Assembly: GCF_030144855.1 (NCBI RefSeq) | Contig: NC_082707.1 | Location: 94,426,001 to 94,490,000, forward strand | Source: Hypanus sabinus | Lineage: Eukaryota | Direction: 5' to 3' | Length of the DNA: 64,000 bases | Shown here: positions 12,710 through 25,100 of the stretch, piece by piece | Numbering within the stretch: position 1 is the stretch's first letter | How the letters are laid out: each line of letters begins with the position of its first letter | Translations under genes and position numbers: made by a program | The notes under the pieces: model-generated | Told to the model about the DNA's origin: nothing | The model's input: only the letters and a program-made list of their open reading frames with translations | Databases searched by the model: none

Positions 12710-13095
12710 TGGGGTCATAGAATTGCACAGCATTCAAAGGAGCATTTCAGCCCATAAAGTCCATGTTTTTTCTGGTAAATCCAATTGTCCACATCAGATC
12801 GGTATTCTTTCATGCCTTGTCATTTTAAGAGCCCGTCTAAATGTCCCTTAAATGTAGTGATTGTATCTGACTCCACCATCTTCTCTGGCACTGAGTTCCA
12901 GATACCAATCACTCTCTGCAAAATAAACTCATATCTCCATTAAACCTGTCCCTCCCTTTCTCCTTAAATTTATCCCCTCCTGTTTTTGACCATGGGAAAA
13001 AATTGTACCTGTTGTATTTTATAGCCCTGTCAAGTCACCCCTCAGTCTCCTTCATTCAGAGGAGAAAAAACTTAGCCTGTCTAATCCTTCCTCAC
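12710..13095 (-). mobile_element. Old CR1-group LINE 3' end
   Basis: tcatagaattgcacagca tail, ctggcactgagttccagatacc, aagtcacccctcagtctcc antisense motifs. Confidence 0.6.
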
Positions 13096-13099
13096 TAAA

Positions 13100-16000
13100 A
13101 GAAAAACTAACTAGACAAAAACGTCACCGGGCTCCCATGTTTTCCTTCTGATTAGTTTCCTGAGTTACAAAATATAACAGTGGTAACAAGGAAGTTTTCA
13201 AATGAACCCCAGACAACTACCTACCTGTTGAAGCACCTCCCATTTTTTTCCTTCGCAAGAAACATTAGGGTTTTCTTTTTTAAAAAACACAGCACATTTT
13301 TTCCTTTGGAGGGGAGAGAAATGGTTTTAAAAAAGGCAGAAAATGAATGAAATTGACTGGTTCATAAACAGTGAATATCGGGTAATAATAATAAATAAAA
13401 GCAGGAACGGCTGGCCACATTGGAAAGGTAGGCACATGCGACTGCACAACAGATAACTGGATGATGTAAAAAGAATGAATTGAGCAGTACTTTGAAGCAA
13501 ATGAAATAACTAATGAAAAGCAAGAGCCAGTGTTGCTGCCTATAATGAAGAACACACAGTCTTGGAATCAGAATCAGATTTAATATCATCAGCGTATGTC
13601 ATGAAATTTGTTAATATTGTAAAGTTTGCTTAGAAGTTTAACTGCTCCAACCAAACCAACCAAAATAAGCTTTGCTGATACTGTAAACATAATGCAGGAA
13701 CATTTAGAACTGAAAACATTGTTGTTTGCAGAATGCTTTAGGTTTCATAAGCAGAATCAAAAGGGAGGGGAGTCCATTTCATCTTACTTGGCCGAATTGA
13801 AGAAATTGTCTGAGCATTGTCAATTCAGTGATCGGTTTAAGATGCACTAAGAGACCATTTAGTTTGTGGAATCTTTCAAGAAAGCATTCAAAAATGACGC
13901 CTAACTGAAGCACAACTCACATTTAAAAGAACTGTTGTAATCACTGTATTAATGGAGACAGCAGCCAGAGATGCAATTGTGTTGCATTCAAAATTGAAAG
14001 TGAGTGTGAACAAAATTGAAACATCAAAACAGAAATTTACCTGGCTGAGGAAATTGTGTTACTGTTGTGACAGGGGCTCACATGCAATAGGCCAATGCAG
14101 ATTTAAAAGGAAAACTTGCTGAAAATGCAGCAAAGTAGGACACATACAAAGAGCATGCCAAGCAGACAAGATAAGTGAACTGCACAGGGTAGAGAAAAAA
14201 ACACTAAACAGACAAGTTGTAGTTTCAAAAAGAACACTAATCTGCATGCTGTTGATGAAAAATATGATGATAATGATGAGGATGACACAACACCGTACAG
14301 TCTTGAAATTTATAATGTGAAAACTAGCAATACACAAGCAATATGGCTTACACCATATATGAACAGCAAATTAATTAAACTAGAATTGGGCATTGGTTTG
14401 GTTATTTCAGACATTCACATTGTAGGTTGGAAAGGCATTTCAAATATACTAAACTGAAGCTTGAAATATCCAACTAAGAACTTACACTGGAGAAAAGATA
14501 CCTCCTGTGGGAACAACATTGGTAACAGTGATATACAACAAACAAGCCACATTGGGTTTGTATGTGGTAAAAACAGGAGGGCCAGTGTTGTTGAGGCTGT
14601 GACTGGCTGAGACAACCCCAACTTGACTGGAGATCCATCACAATTTGCAAGCCACTTTCCCTCCATTAGAGTCAACTGAAAACAAATTAAGAACGGTACT
14701 GGATGATGTCACAGCAGAGTTCAAGGATGGCATTGGAAAACTCAAACACATCAAGGGTAAAATAGTGTTAAATGAAAATGCCATGTCTAAGTTTTACAAA
14801 GCCCATCCAGCTCCTTATGCCATCCATGAAGAAGTAACCAGTGAATTAGATCATACAGAACCTGAAGGAATTCTTTCCAAGGTTGAGTGGAGTCCATGGG
14901 GAATGCCAGTGGTCCCAGTAGGCAAGAAGGATGCATATGTAATGATGGTTGTGGTGATTTTAAGGTCACAATCAACCCAGGACTGAAAGAAGATCAATGC
15001 CCTCTACCCAAGATAGTGGACATCTTTGCAAACTTTTCTGGAGGGAAGCATTTCAGCAAAGTGGACTGAGCTGAGGCCTACCTGCAGATGAAGGTAGAGG
15101 AAGAGTCCAAAGTGTTTCTCAGTATAAGCACTTCAAATAGGCCTTATGCTATTATAGGCTTATTGATGAAGTGACATCTGCACCTGCATTCTGCCAGAAG
15201 GCTATGGACAGGTGCTGGAAAGCTGCCCAGACACTCCGTGTTACCTAGTTGACATCATTGTTATCAATGAGGATGACAAGGAACATCTACAAAAGCTCAA
15301 GTCATGGTTATAAAGATGAGAAGGTTATGGGCTCAGAGCATGACAGAGCGAGTGTGAACTCATTACACCAAGCATCACTTGCTGTGATCACACCATTGAC
15401 ACACAAAGGTAACAAGTGTGCTGAGAAAATTCAAGCAGTGATGGATACCCCAGAGTCAAAGAATGTGTCACAGTTGTGGTCTTTCTCAGAACTTCTCAAT
15501 TATTATAACAGGTTCCTGCCAAACCCGGCTACTGTGCTGCACCCCTTAAACTCGTTACTACAGATAGGGAAGTAAAGGTAATGTACAAGGCAGTGTGAGA
15601 TGCCTCTCCAAAAGGCAAAGAAAATGGTGACATTACCCAGTGCAGCTTGCCTGTGACACCTCAGCTTATGGTATAGTACAGTCATGTCATATTTTTTCAG
15701 TAATGGAAGTGAACACCCCATAGTCTTTGCATTATACTCCCTTACCGCTGCAGAGGATAGTAACACACAGATTGACAAAGAGGCTCTGTATGTGATTTGG
15801 CTTGTAAATCATTTCAATAAGAGAGCCATTGCCCTCATTACTGATTATTTACCTCTGGTATTTATTTTCAATCCACAGAAGGGTATTCCACTAACAGTAG
15901 CAACAGGAAAGCAGAGATCAGCACTTTCTTGGAGGATACAATTACAAGATCAAATTGAAGAGGACAATTAATCATGAAAATGCTGATGGATAATCCGGTT

Positions 16001-16510
16001 TACCACTGGAAAAGGAAATACCTGAAAAATTTACAAAAGAGAACACTTCTCTTGACGTTTGCGCCCTAATGCACATAGAACGTTTCCCTGTTACATAGAG
16101 CTTATCTAAAGGAAAACCAGAACAGATCTCACACTGTCTCAGGTCTAAGTATTAACCCAAAAAGGGTAGAATGTGCAGCAGAAATTTCAGTTCGAGCTGT
16201 GGGATGAACTTGCCCTTGACAGGGGTTGCTTTATGTGGGGATTGAGAGTTGTTGGACCATCCACACTGAGAGCTTAAGGAGCTGCATTCTGGTCAATTAG
16301 GGATGGTCAAAATGAAAATGTTGGCCTAAAGTTTTGTCTGATGGCCTGGGATGGATCAGCAGAACAAGCAGCTTGCCAAGCACTGTTCGAGATGCCAACA
16401 AATCCTGAAGATACTAAGGGCAGAGTCAATTATCAGAGAAGAAAGGAGATCAGAGATGTCAGAACCACTGTCTGCAGTACAAAAACAATCTACTACAGCC
16501 ACATTGGAGC
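13100..16510 (+). mobile_element. Decayed Ty3/Gypsy LTR retrotransposon (LTR end, PBS, gag, PR, RT, RNase H, integrase N-terminus)
   Basis: LTR-like end ...ataaca then PBS-like tggtaacaagga (13181-13192); gag IEQYFEANEI, AECFRFHKQNQKGGESISSY; two CCHC knuckles at ~14057-14160; RT KVEWSPWGMPVVPV, CGDFKVTINP, PLPKIVD...HFSKVD, YYNRFLPN; RNase H PIVFA...QIDKEAL; integrase ELHSGQLG...WPGM...CSRCQ. Many stops and frameshifts; integrase core and 3' LTR absent. Confidence 0.9.
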
Positions 16511-17363
16511 ACACTAAGAATTGGCAGTGTTTACACAACTGAAAATGGGTAGTGAGAATGGACAGTATTTTCACCATTGAAAAAAGGCAATATTTACACC
16601 TCCGAGAATGGGCATTTTTTTCACAACTGAAGATGGACAGGGTTTAAAACACTGAGTGTGGGCAGCGACTTTTCACTACTGAAGATGTTCAGGGTTTAAA
16701 CCACAGGCAATGGCAGGGTTTACACCACTGAGAATGGGCAGTGTGTTCACCATTGAGAATGGGCAGTATTTACACCACTGGGAGTATACACTGTTTACAG
16801 CACTGAGAATGGGCAGTGGTTACACCACCTAGAATGGATAGTCTGTTCTGCATTGTGAATAGGCAGGGTATTCACCACTGAGAATGGGCAGTGTTTACAC
16901 CATTGAAACAGGACAATGTTTACTGCAAATGGACAGTGAATTCACCACTGAGAACGGGCAGTGTTACATCACTGAGAATAGGCAGTGTTTTTACCACTTA
17001 AAATTGACAGAGTTTACACTGCTGTAAATGAGCTGTGTTTACACCAGTGAGAATGGGCAGTGCTTACACCACCGAGAATGTGCAATGCTTGCATCACTGA
17101 AAATTCACAGAGGTGAGCTCACTGTGGAGGTGTGATCACCACTGAGAATGGGCTTTGCTTACAGCATTGAGAATGGGAACTGTTTGTTCCACTGAGAAAG
17201 GACCATGAGTTCACCATGGAGAATGGGCAGTATTTACACCACAGAGAATGGGGAATGTGAAGACCATTGAAAGTAGGCAGTGTTCACACCACTGTGACTG
17301 GGCTGTGTTTACTCCACTGAGAATGGACAGTGTGTTCACCACTGAGAATTGGAAGTGTTTTGG

Positions 17364-19182
17364 CCATAAGATCATATGACATAGGAGCAGAATTAGGCCA
17401 CTCCCACCAGTCTGCTCCGCTATTCCGTCACGTCTGATCCCAGAGCTCACTCAACTCTATACACCTGCCTTCACCCTATACCCCTTCATGCCCTGACCAA
17501 TCAGGAAACTATCAACTTCACTCTTAAATATATTCATGGACATAGCCTCCACCAGAGTCTGCAGTGGCAGACCATTCCACAGATTCACTATGCTCTGGCT
17601 AAAAAAAAATTCCTCCTTGCCTCTGTTCTAAAAGGTTGCTCTTCAATTTTGAGGCTGTGTCCTCTAGTTCTGGATACCCCCACCATAGGAAACGTCCTCT
17701 CCACATCCACCCTATCTAGTCCTTTCAACATTCGGTAGGTTTCAATGAGATCCCCCTGCGCTCTTCTAAATTTCAGTGAGTACAGGCCCAAAGCTTCCAA
17801 ACACTCCTTATGTGCTAATCTTTTTGTTCTTGGAATCATTCTCGCCAACCTCCTCTGGACTCTCACCAATGTCAATATAACCTTTCTAAAATATAGGGCC
17901 CAGAACTGTTGACAATACTCCAAGTACGGCCTGACTAGTATCTAATAAAACCTCAGCATTATCTCCTTTCCTTTATATTCTATTCCCCTTGAAATAAATG
18001 CCAACATTGCATTTGCCTTCTTTACCATAGTCTCAATCTGTAAGTAAATCTTCTGGGAGACTTGCATGAGGACTCCTAAGTCCCTCTGCACCTGAACACT
18101 CTTCCCATTTTGATAATAGTCCACACCATTGTTCCTTTTACAAGAATGCATTGTCATACATTTCTGTATTCTAGCTGCCAATTTTTCCCATTTTTCCGAT
18201 TTGTCTAAGTCCTGCTGCAATCTCACTGCTTCTTCAGCAATACCTACCCCTCCATCTATCTTTGTATCATCTGCAAACACTGCCACACAGCCATCAATTT
18301 CATTATCCAAATCAATGACAAACAATGTGAAAAGTAGCGGTCCTAATACTGGCCCCTGTAGGACACCACTAGTCAACGGCAGCTAACCACTTTATTCCCA
18401 CTCACTGCCTCCTGCCTGTCAGCCATTCCTCAATCCATGCCAGTATCTTTCCTGTAATACCATAGGTTTTATCTTGTTAAGCAGCCTCATGTGTAGCACC
18501 TTATCAAAAGCCTTTTGAAAATCCAAGTAAGTGACATCCACTGCCTCTCTATTGTCCACCCTTCTTGTTACTTCCTCGAAGAACACTAACAGATTTCTCA
18601 GGCAAGATTTCCCTTAACAGAAACCTTATCCTTAATAATAGACTCCAACACCTTCCCAACACAGAGGTTAGGCTAACTGGCTTATAATTTGTTTTCTCCT
18701 GCCTTCCTCCCAAATTAAAGTGTGGAGCGACATTTGCAATTTTCCAGTCCTCTGGGACCATGCCAGGATCAAGTGATTCTTGAAAGATCATCTTTTATCT
18801 CTTCAGCAACCTCTCTCAGGAATCTGGGATACAGTCCATCTGATCCAGCTGACTTATCCACCTTAAGCCCTCTGAGTTTGCTTGGCACTTTTTCCTTTGT
18901 AATAGCAATGGCACTCACTCCTGCTCCCTGACACTCACAGACCTCTGGCATACAGCTAGTGTCTTCTACAGTGAAGACTGTTGCAAAGTACCCATTAAAC
19001 TCAACTGCCATTTCTTTGCTCCCAATACTACCTCACCAGCGCCATTTTCCAGTGGTCCAATATCAACTCTCACATCCCTTTTACTCTTTATATAACTGAA
19101 AAAGCTTTCAGTATCCAGCCATATATTATTAACTAGTTTGCCCTCATATTACCTCTCGTCCCTTCTTAAAGCTTTTTTAGTA
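17364..19182 (-). mobile_element. CR1-group LINE, 5'-truncated, inserted in the minisatellite
   Basis: Minus-strand ORFs VPEDWKIANV...NYKPVSLTSV, SGVLQGPVLGPLLF...VFADDTKI, EYCQQFW...RTRGHSLK; ccataagatcatatgacatagg tail. Confidence 0.92.
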
Positions 19183-19557
19183 GTTTACACCACTTAGAAT
19201 GAACAGTATTTAGACCACAGAACAGGCAGTGATAACACAACTGAGAATGAATAGAGATTAAACCACTGAGAATGGATAATGTTTACACCTCTGAGAATGG
19301 GCTGTGTTTACACCACAGAACCAACATGCTTACACCACTGAGGTTGGAGAGTGTTTACACCACTGAGAATGGACAGTGTGTTCACCACAGGGTATTACCA
19401 CTGCTTACACTATTGAGAATGGCAGTGGCACTGTGAATAGACAGTGTTCACCACTGAGAATGGACAGTGTGTTCACCCCTTGAGAATGAGCAGTGTTTAC
19501 ACCACAGAGAAAGGGCAATGTCTACAGCACTGTGAATAGACAGTGCTTAGACAACTG

Positions 19558-20675
19558 CAAACACGAGGAAATCTGCAGATGCTGGAAATTCAAACAACAC
19601 ACACAAAATACTGTTGGAACACAGCAGGCCAGGCAGCCTCTATAAGGAGAAGCACTGTCGACGTTTTGGGCCGAGACCCTTCGTCAGGACTAACTGAAAG
19701 AAGAGATAGCAAGAGATTTGAAAATAGGAGGAGGAGGGGAAAATGTGAAATGATAGGAGAAGACCAGAGGGGGATGGGGTGAAGCTGAGAGCCAGAAAGG
19801 TGATTGGCAAAAGGGATACAGAGCTGGAGAAGGGAAAGGATCATGGGACAGGAGGCCTAGGGAGAAAGAAAGGGGGAGGGGAGCACCAGAGGGAGATGGA
19901 GAACAGGCAGGGTGATGGGCAGAGAGAGAGAGAAAAAAAGGAGGAGGAGGAAAAAAGCTAAATATATCAGGGATGGGGTAAGAAGGAGAGCAGGGGCATT
20001 AACAGAAGTTAGAGAGTTCAATGTTCATGCCATCAGGTTGGAGGCTACCCAGCCGGTATATAAGGTGTTGTTCCTCCAACCTGAGTGTGGCTTCATCTTG
20101 ACAGTAGAGGAGGCTATGGATAGACATATCAGAGAGGGAATGGGACATGGAATTAAAATGTGTGGCCACTGGGAGATCCTGCTTTTTCTGGCGGACCGAG
20201 CGTAGGTGTTCAGCGAAACGGTCTCCCAGTCTGCGTTGGGTCTCACCAATATACAAAAGGCCACACCGGGAGCACTGGACACAGTATACCACACCAGCAG
20301 ACTCACAGGTGAAGTGTCGCCTCACCTGGAAGGACTGTCTGGGGCCCTGAATGGTAGTGAGGGAGGACCCAGAGGCTGGTGAGGTGCTAGGTGAGGACAA
20401 GGGGAACCCTATCCCAAGTGGTGTGGTGGGCGGATGGGGTGAGGACAGATCTCTGGGTTCTCCGTAACATCTGTCATCTCCAACAGGATCCCACTACCAA
20501 GCACATCTTTCCCTCACCCCCTCTTTCTGCTTTCCGCAGGGATCGCTCCTTATGCGACTCCCTTGTCCATTCGTCACCCCCCTTCCCCCATCCCTTCCTA
20601 CCGATCTCCCTCCTGGCACTTATCCTTGTAAGCAGAACAAGTGCTACACCTGCCCTTACACTTCCTCTCTCACCA
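19558..20675 (-). mobile_element. Penelope-like element 3' part (GIY-YIG endonuclease plus terminal repeat) with internal rearrangement
   Basis: ORF 19999-20400(-): FTCESAGVVYCVQCSRCGLLYIGETQRRLGDRFAEH...HFN...LEEQHLIYRLGSLQPDGMN; terminal region 19558-19700 carries a hammerhead-like motif; 20451-20675 is an inverted internal segment. Confidence 0.9.
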
Positions 20676-21905
20676 CTGAGAATGAACAGTGTGTTCACCA
20701 CTGAGAATGGGGAGTGTTTGGACCATTTAGAACTGGCAGTTATTAAACGACTGAGATGACAGTGTTTACACCACTGAGAACGGTCAGTGTTCACCACTGA
20801 GCCCTGAAAATGGGCAATGTACACTAAAATGTCATGATAATGTGCATTAAATACTTCTAGGTCCCCTGGAAATGCATTGTGCAAATCTCTGGCCCAGAGA
20901 ATTGAATGTGTCCTTATCAGAGCCCAAATATATCATAAGTAACACTCTGAACATTTTAATAAATAAATATATCATTAAACTTTCCCGTGACATACAATCA
21001 GTGAGCTGGGAAAGAATTAAATATCTGTCTAAGAAACAGCCACCTTGAAATTAGCATATTCTAGAAAGTGTCATATTCATGGGCATATATTTATTACAGG
21101 TAATAATTTGTATAGGGACATAATTCTTCAACCACATACATATGTGGCAACTGACAACAGTTACAATTCAGTCCAAAATATTTCAGATCCTGTAAGATAT
21201 GAACACTCTAAATAAATCTGTGAAATACTAACTCTCCACAATAGAATAAATTCCTCATCTACATTATAACTAGTCATTCCATTAAATGGAAGAAGCAATC
21301 ATACTGGAATTATTTGCTCATAGAGTAAAAGTAATTCAACTTTAGTAATTAGTGTTCAAATGCATCTGTTTAATGTAGATTGGATGTTTAATGCTTTAAG
21401 ACTGGAAAATGTTAGAAAGGTTATTCTACTTAAATTGAGCTACGTTTAGTTAATATAACCAGAAATTATTAAGCATACAAGTCATGACTCTGACACAATC
21501 ATTGCATATACCACAAATTCAGAAGCACATGGACAAGAACTAACTGAGTAATACCATTTCCGCACTGAGCTACTGGTATTACTCCTCTCTAAGTATCAGT
21601 GAGTTCAGCAGGAGATGTTCAAAATCCATAACAGCTGGAAAAGCTGGAAAACCTGACTTTCAAATGCTTAAGTGATTATAAGTGCAGCCCTTGTTCTATA
21701 TCTCTATCTTATGGTATAATTTTTCACATAGCTCTGCTGTCAAAAACATCGTAACACAGCACCCTGATTGTATCTTCTAGCAATTCAGCATTGGGGGAGT
21801 TGTCCACTAAATCTAAATGCAAAGTTTCTCCATAAGTCAGCACTGACAGAGTTTCAGGCTTTTCCATCTTTCATAGCAGTCTTCCTGGTTCAAAATTACC
21901 AATAC

Positions 21906-22340
21906 TCAGATTCAGATTCAGTTTATTGTCATTTAGAAACCACAAATGCAATGCAGTTAAAAAATGAGACAACGTTCCCCCAGAATGATATCACAAAAGC
22001 ACATGACAAAACAGACTACACCAGAGAATCCACATAACGTTTGGCAATCCCCAATCCAAAGTCCGGAGAGGCTGCTGCATATTAATATCGTGCTACCATC
22101 TTAGCGCGATCCTGGAAAGGAGCTCCAATCTCACCAGACAAAACAAGACCAAAAACTAAAGCTACAAGACCTGCACAAAACCACATAGTTACAACATATA
22201 GTTACAACAGTGGAAACAATAGCATAATTGATAAAAAAAAACAGACCATGGGCACAGTAAAAATAGTCCAAAGATGTAAAAAGACCATAAGTTCAAAAGA
22301 AACCACCACACAGTTTCCACAAGTCCTTAGGGTCTCGATA
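21906..22340 (-). mobile_element. Non-coding retroposon 3' segment with (TGAATC)n tail
   Basis: ctcagattcagattcagtttattgtc is the antisense of an AATAAA plus (TGAATC)n tail; no ORF. Confidence 0.55.
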
Positions 22341-22464
22341 CGTCATTGGCACTGAATTTTGATTAAACTTCTACAATACAACTACATTTTTATGTTGTCC
22401 TTAACAACTACCACTTGAAACCAGAAGGTTATAACTACTTCTGATCCAACTGTACAGACCAAGA

Positions 22465-22890
22465 GTGATGGTAGTGCCTACTTCCTCAGAAGGTGAAGAA
22501 AATTCAGCATGTCCCCATTGACCCTCACCGGTATCCTACCCAGATGCTTTACTGCTTGCTATGGCACAGCTCTGGCCACCATCACAAGAAACTGCAAGAC
22601 TGGGAACACGGCTGAACACATCACGGAAACCAATCTTCCCTCCATGGACTCTGACTGCCTCCAGAAAGCAGCAAACAGTATCAACCTTCGACCTCACAGT
22701 CTACCTCATCACAGCCTTGGAGCTTATTGTGTGCCTGCTCTGCACTTTCTGTAACTGCAACATTTCATTCTGCAGTCTGTCATTGTTTCCCATTACTTTG
22801 ATGTAGTGAAGTGATCTAGATGGATGGCATGAAAAACAAAGTTTTTCTTTGTACCCCAGTACTTGTGACAATAGTAAACCAATTTGTCGA
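22465..22890 (+). mobile_element. Rex1/Babar-type LINE 3' remnant
   Basis: YFLRR-like ctacttcctcagaagg, CFTACYG, CLQKAA; tail cttgtacc...tgtgacaatagtaaaccaattt. Confidence 0.6.
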
Positions 22891-23010
22891 TTATTATTAA
22901 TGGATTGAAAACTACAGAGATTGTGTTTCAGTGACATAGGATATTATGCACACTATTGGCCTCCTAATTAAAGGAGCAATGTTAATGACCAAGGTAATTT
23001 AAAGAAGAAT

Positions 23011-23152
23011 AAACTCTTCTTGGGGTTCCAGCTGGGTACAGGTATCAATTTTAATCGACGTTTCAATGACAAGCTCTGCCTTGGCACAGTTTGTCATCAA
23101 AACATTGGTTAATATCAATACCTATATCTGGCTGGAAGCCCGAGAAGAATTT
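23011..23152. repeat. 142-bp imperfect palindrome, probably from a Penelope terminus
   Basis: Left arm aaactcttcttggggttccagc...gacaagctctgcc mirrors right arm ggcacagtttgtc...gctggaagcccgagaagaattt; centre tt at 23081-23082; contains gacgtttc. Confidence 0.75.
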
Positions 23153-23199
23153 GTCATATATGCCAGGAAAAACACTTGATCCTAGTTCAGAGATTTACT

Positions 23200-23640
23200 G
23201 GATAGATACCTGGAATGGGCAAGTTGTCTTACGAGATTCGTCCAGGCTTGTACCAGCTAGAGTTCAGAAGAGTATTGGTGATCTGATTAAGATATTTAAG
23301 ATTCTGGCAGACCTTTACAGCATGGACGTGGAGGAGATACTTTTCATTTTTTTTTGTTGTGGTAGAATCTAGACAAAAAGTCCATTGTTTAAATTTGCCC
23401 ATGTTAAACCATGAAGAGATGTTCTGATTCTCCCAGAATGTTATGTACCTTTCGAACAGAAATGGCAATGTGAGTAATGTCTCAGAACGCTTTTAATACA
23501 GAGGTAGCTAGGTCCTTCAGCAAGGGATGAAACATTACTAAGGATAGATAAGAATGTGGAATTGGGACTGCAATCAGATCAGCCATGGTCAAGCAGTTTC
23601 AAGGAACCTGGTGACATACTCCAGCTCCTAATCTGCATGT
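23200..23640 (+). mobile_element. Old CR1-group LINE 3' end
   Basis: GDLIKIFKIL motif and 3' UTR atcagatcagccatggtc...actccagctccta. Confidence 0.6.
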
Positions 23641-24079
23641 TTGTGCATCCATATATTCTCCAAAGAGAATTGTACAACAAGCATTTGAAAGATTTATGGA
23701 CAGAACAGAAGCACTTGATATCCTCACAGGTTATCAGCAGCTGAATGATAGTCAGAGCTACCTGACAATTGCACAGCATACACCAAGTAACATGAAAGGT
23801 AGTATCAGTCCTGAAAGCCTTTCATTGTGTAGTAGATAAAATGTTGCAGGTTATCAAAACCATAAGCTGCCTGTGTGATCAAAATGGAATCTTCATCAGC
23901 ACAATCAGGAGCAGTTGAAGGTGCTGATGCAGGTAGCCAGAAGATTTCAAGGAGTGTCTGAAGTAGTAAAAGTATTAAATTCTGCAGCCTGGATTCCTCC
24001 AACTAGGGTTTGGAATCAAAAGGAATGGACGGAGATTCCATAGTCCTTGCCAACTCTTCCGCCTCTGTACTTTAAAATA

Positions 24080-25100
24080 GCAGTAGGTCAATTAGCCTTC
24101 AAGCATGTTCAGCTATCCATTAAGGTGGCGGCTGATTCAGTTAATATCACTTTGCTACGTCTTAATTTTCCTTCCCTTCCATGTCGTTCAAGTATCAGTT
24201 GATGTCTCCCTTGAATACCTTCAACGAACTCTGCCTCCAGGGTGAGCAAAGGGAGAAAATTTCAACAAGCCATGACCATCTAAGAGAGGAAATCTCTCTT
24301 CATCTGTGTTGTTATTCTAAAACAATACCCCCGGTTCTAAACACCCCAACTAGGGGAAACATGCTCTCAGCATTCACCCAGCTAACACCCATATGAATCA
24401 TGTATGACTCAGTATGATTACCTCTCATTTTTCTAATATTCAATTAGTAATAGGCCTGATTTGCTCAACCTTTCTTTATACTTTAGTCCTTTATATTGGG
24501 AAAATCAATACAGTGAAACTTTTCTTCACTACTTCAGTGCAAGTACTGTATATTCTTTAAATATGGAAACCAAGATTACACATGATACTTCTGTACATTA
24601 TCAACAGTACTTTGTAAAGCTGCTTCAAAATATCCTCATATATTCCATACACTTTTCTATAAATGCTAATCATCCATTCGTCTTCCTAATTACTTGGTCT
24701 AACCCTTTCATGCACTCGTACCACATTTGTAGTGGAACAGAAAGCATACAACATTGCACAGGAACCAGCCCTTTACCATACAATGCTGAGCAATGTGTCC
24801 AAATCCCTCCATTTCCTGTATTCTCATATGCCTATTTTAGAGCCTCCAGAATGCTTGGATCATCTTTGCCTCTTCATTCAGTTTAGTTAAAACAAGCTAT
24901 ACTTTCATTCTTTGATCTAAAGAGGCTAACTTCATATTTTACCATAAATTCCATCTCTGTCAATTACTTGCCCAGTTACTTATCCTATCTGTTCCCCTTT
25001 TCAGACATTTTGTGTCCACCTAACAACCTACTAAGCTACCTAACTTGGCATAAGCAACAAATATGACTATGGTTCACTCAGCCCCCACATCCATAAATTG
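24080..25100 (-). mobile_element. Old CR1-group LINE fragment
   Basis: Antisense motifs ccccggttctaaacaccccaactagggg, atgattacctctcatt, aaatatggaaaccaagatt. Confidence 0.55.

Larger units (their letters stand above)
16515..20825 (+). repeat. 25-bp minisatellite (consensus ACCACTGAGAATGGRCAGTGTKTWC) in three blocks: ~16515-17360, ~19183-19557, ~20672-20825
   Basis: Tandem degenerate units directly visible; the blocks are separated by a CR1 and a Penelope-like insertion. Confidence 0.9.

Noticed and set aside
16515-20825. CRISPR-like array or RSS-heptamer array
   Set aside because: The units are contiguous with no unique spacers, there are no cas genes, and the context is eukaryotic; CACTG/CAGTG lacks a full heptamer-spacer-nonamer arrangement.
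24461-24886. 141-aa ORF
   Set aside because: Antisense to an old CR1 fragment; non-canonical start and no domain.
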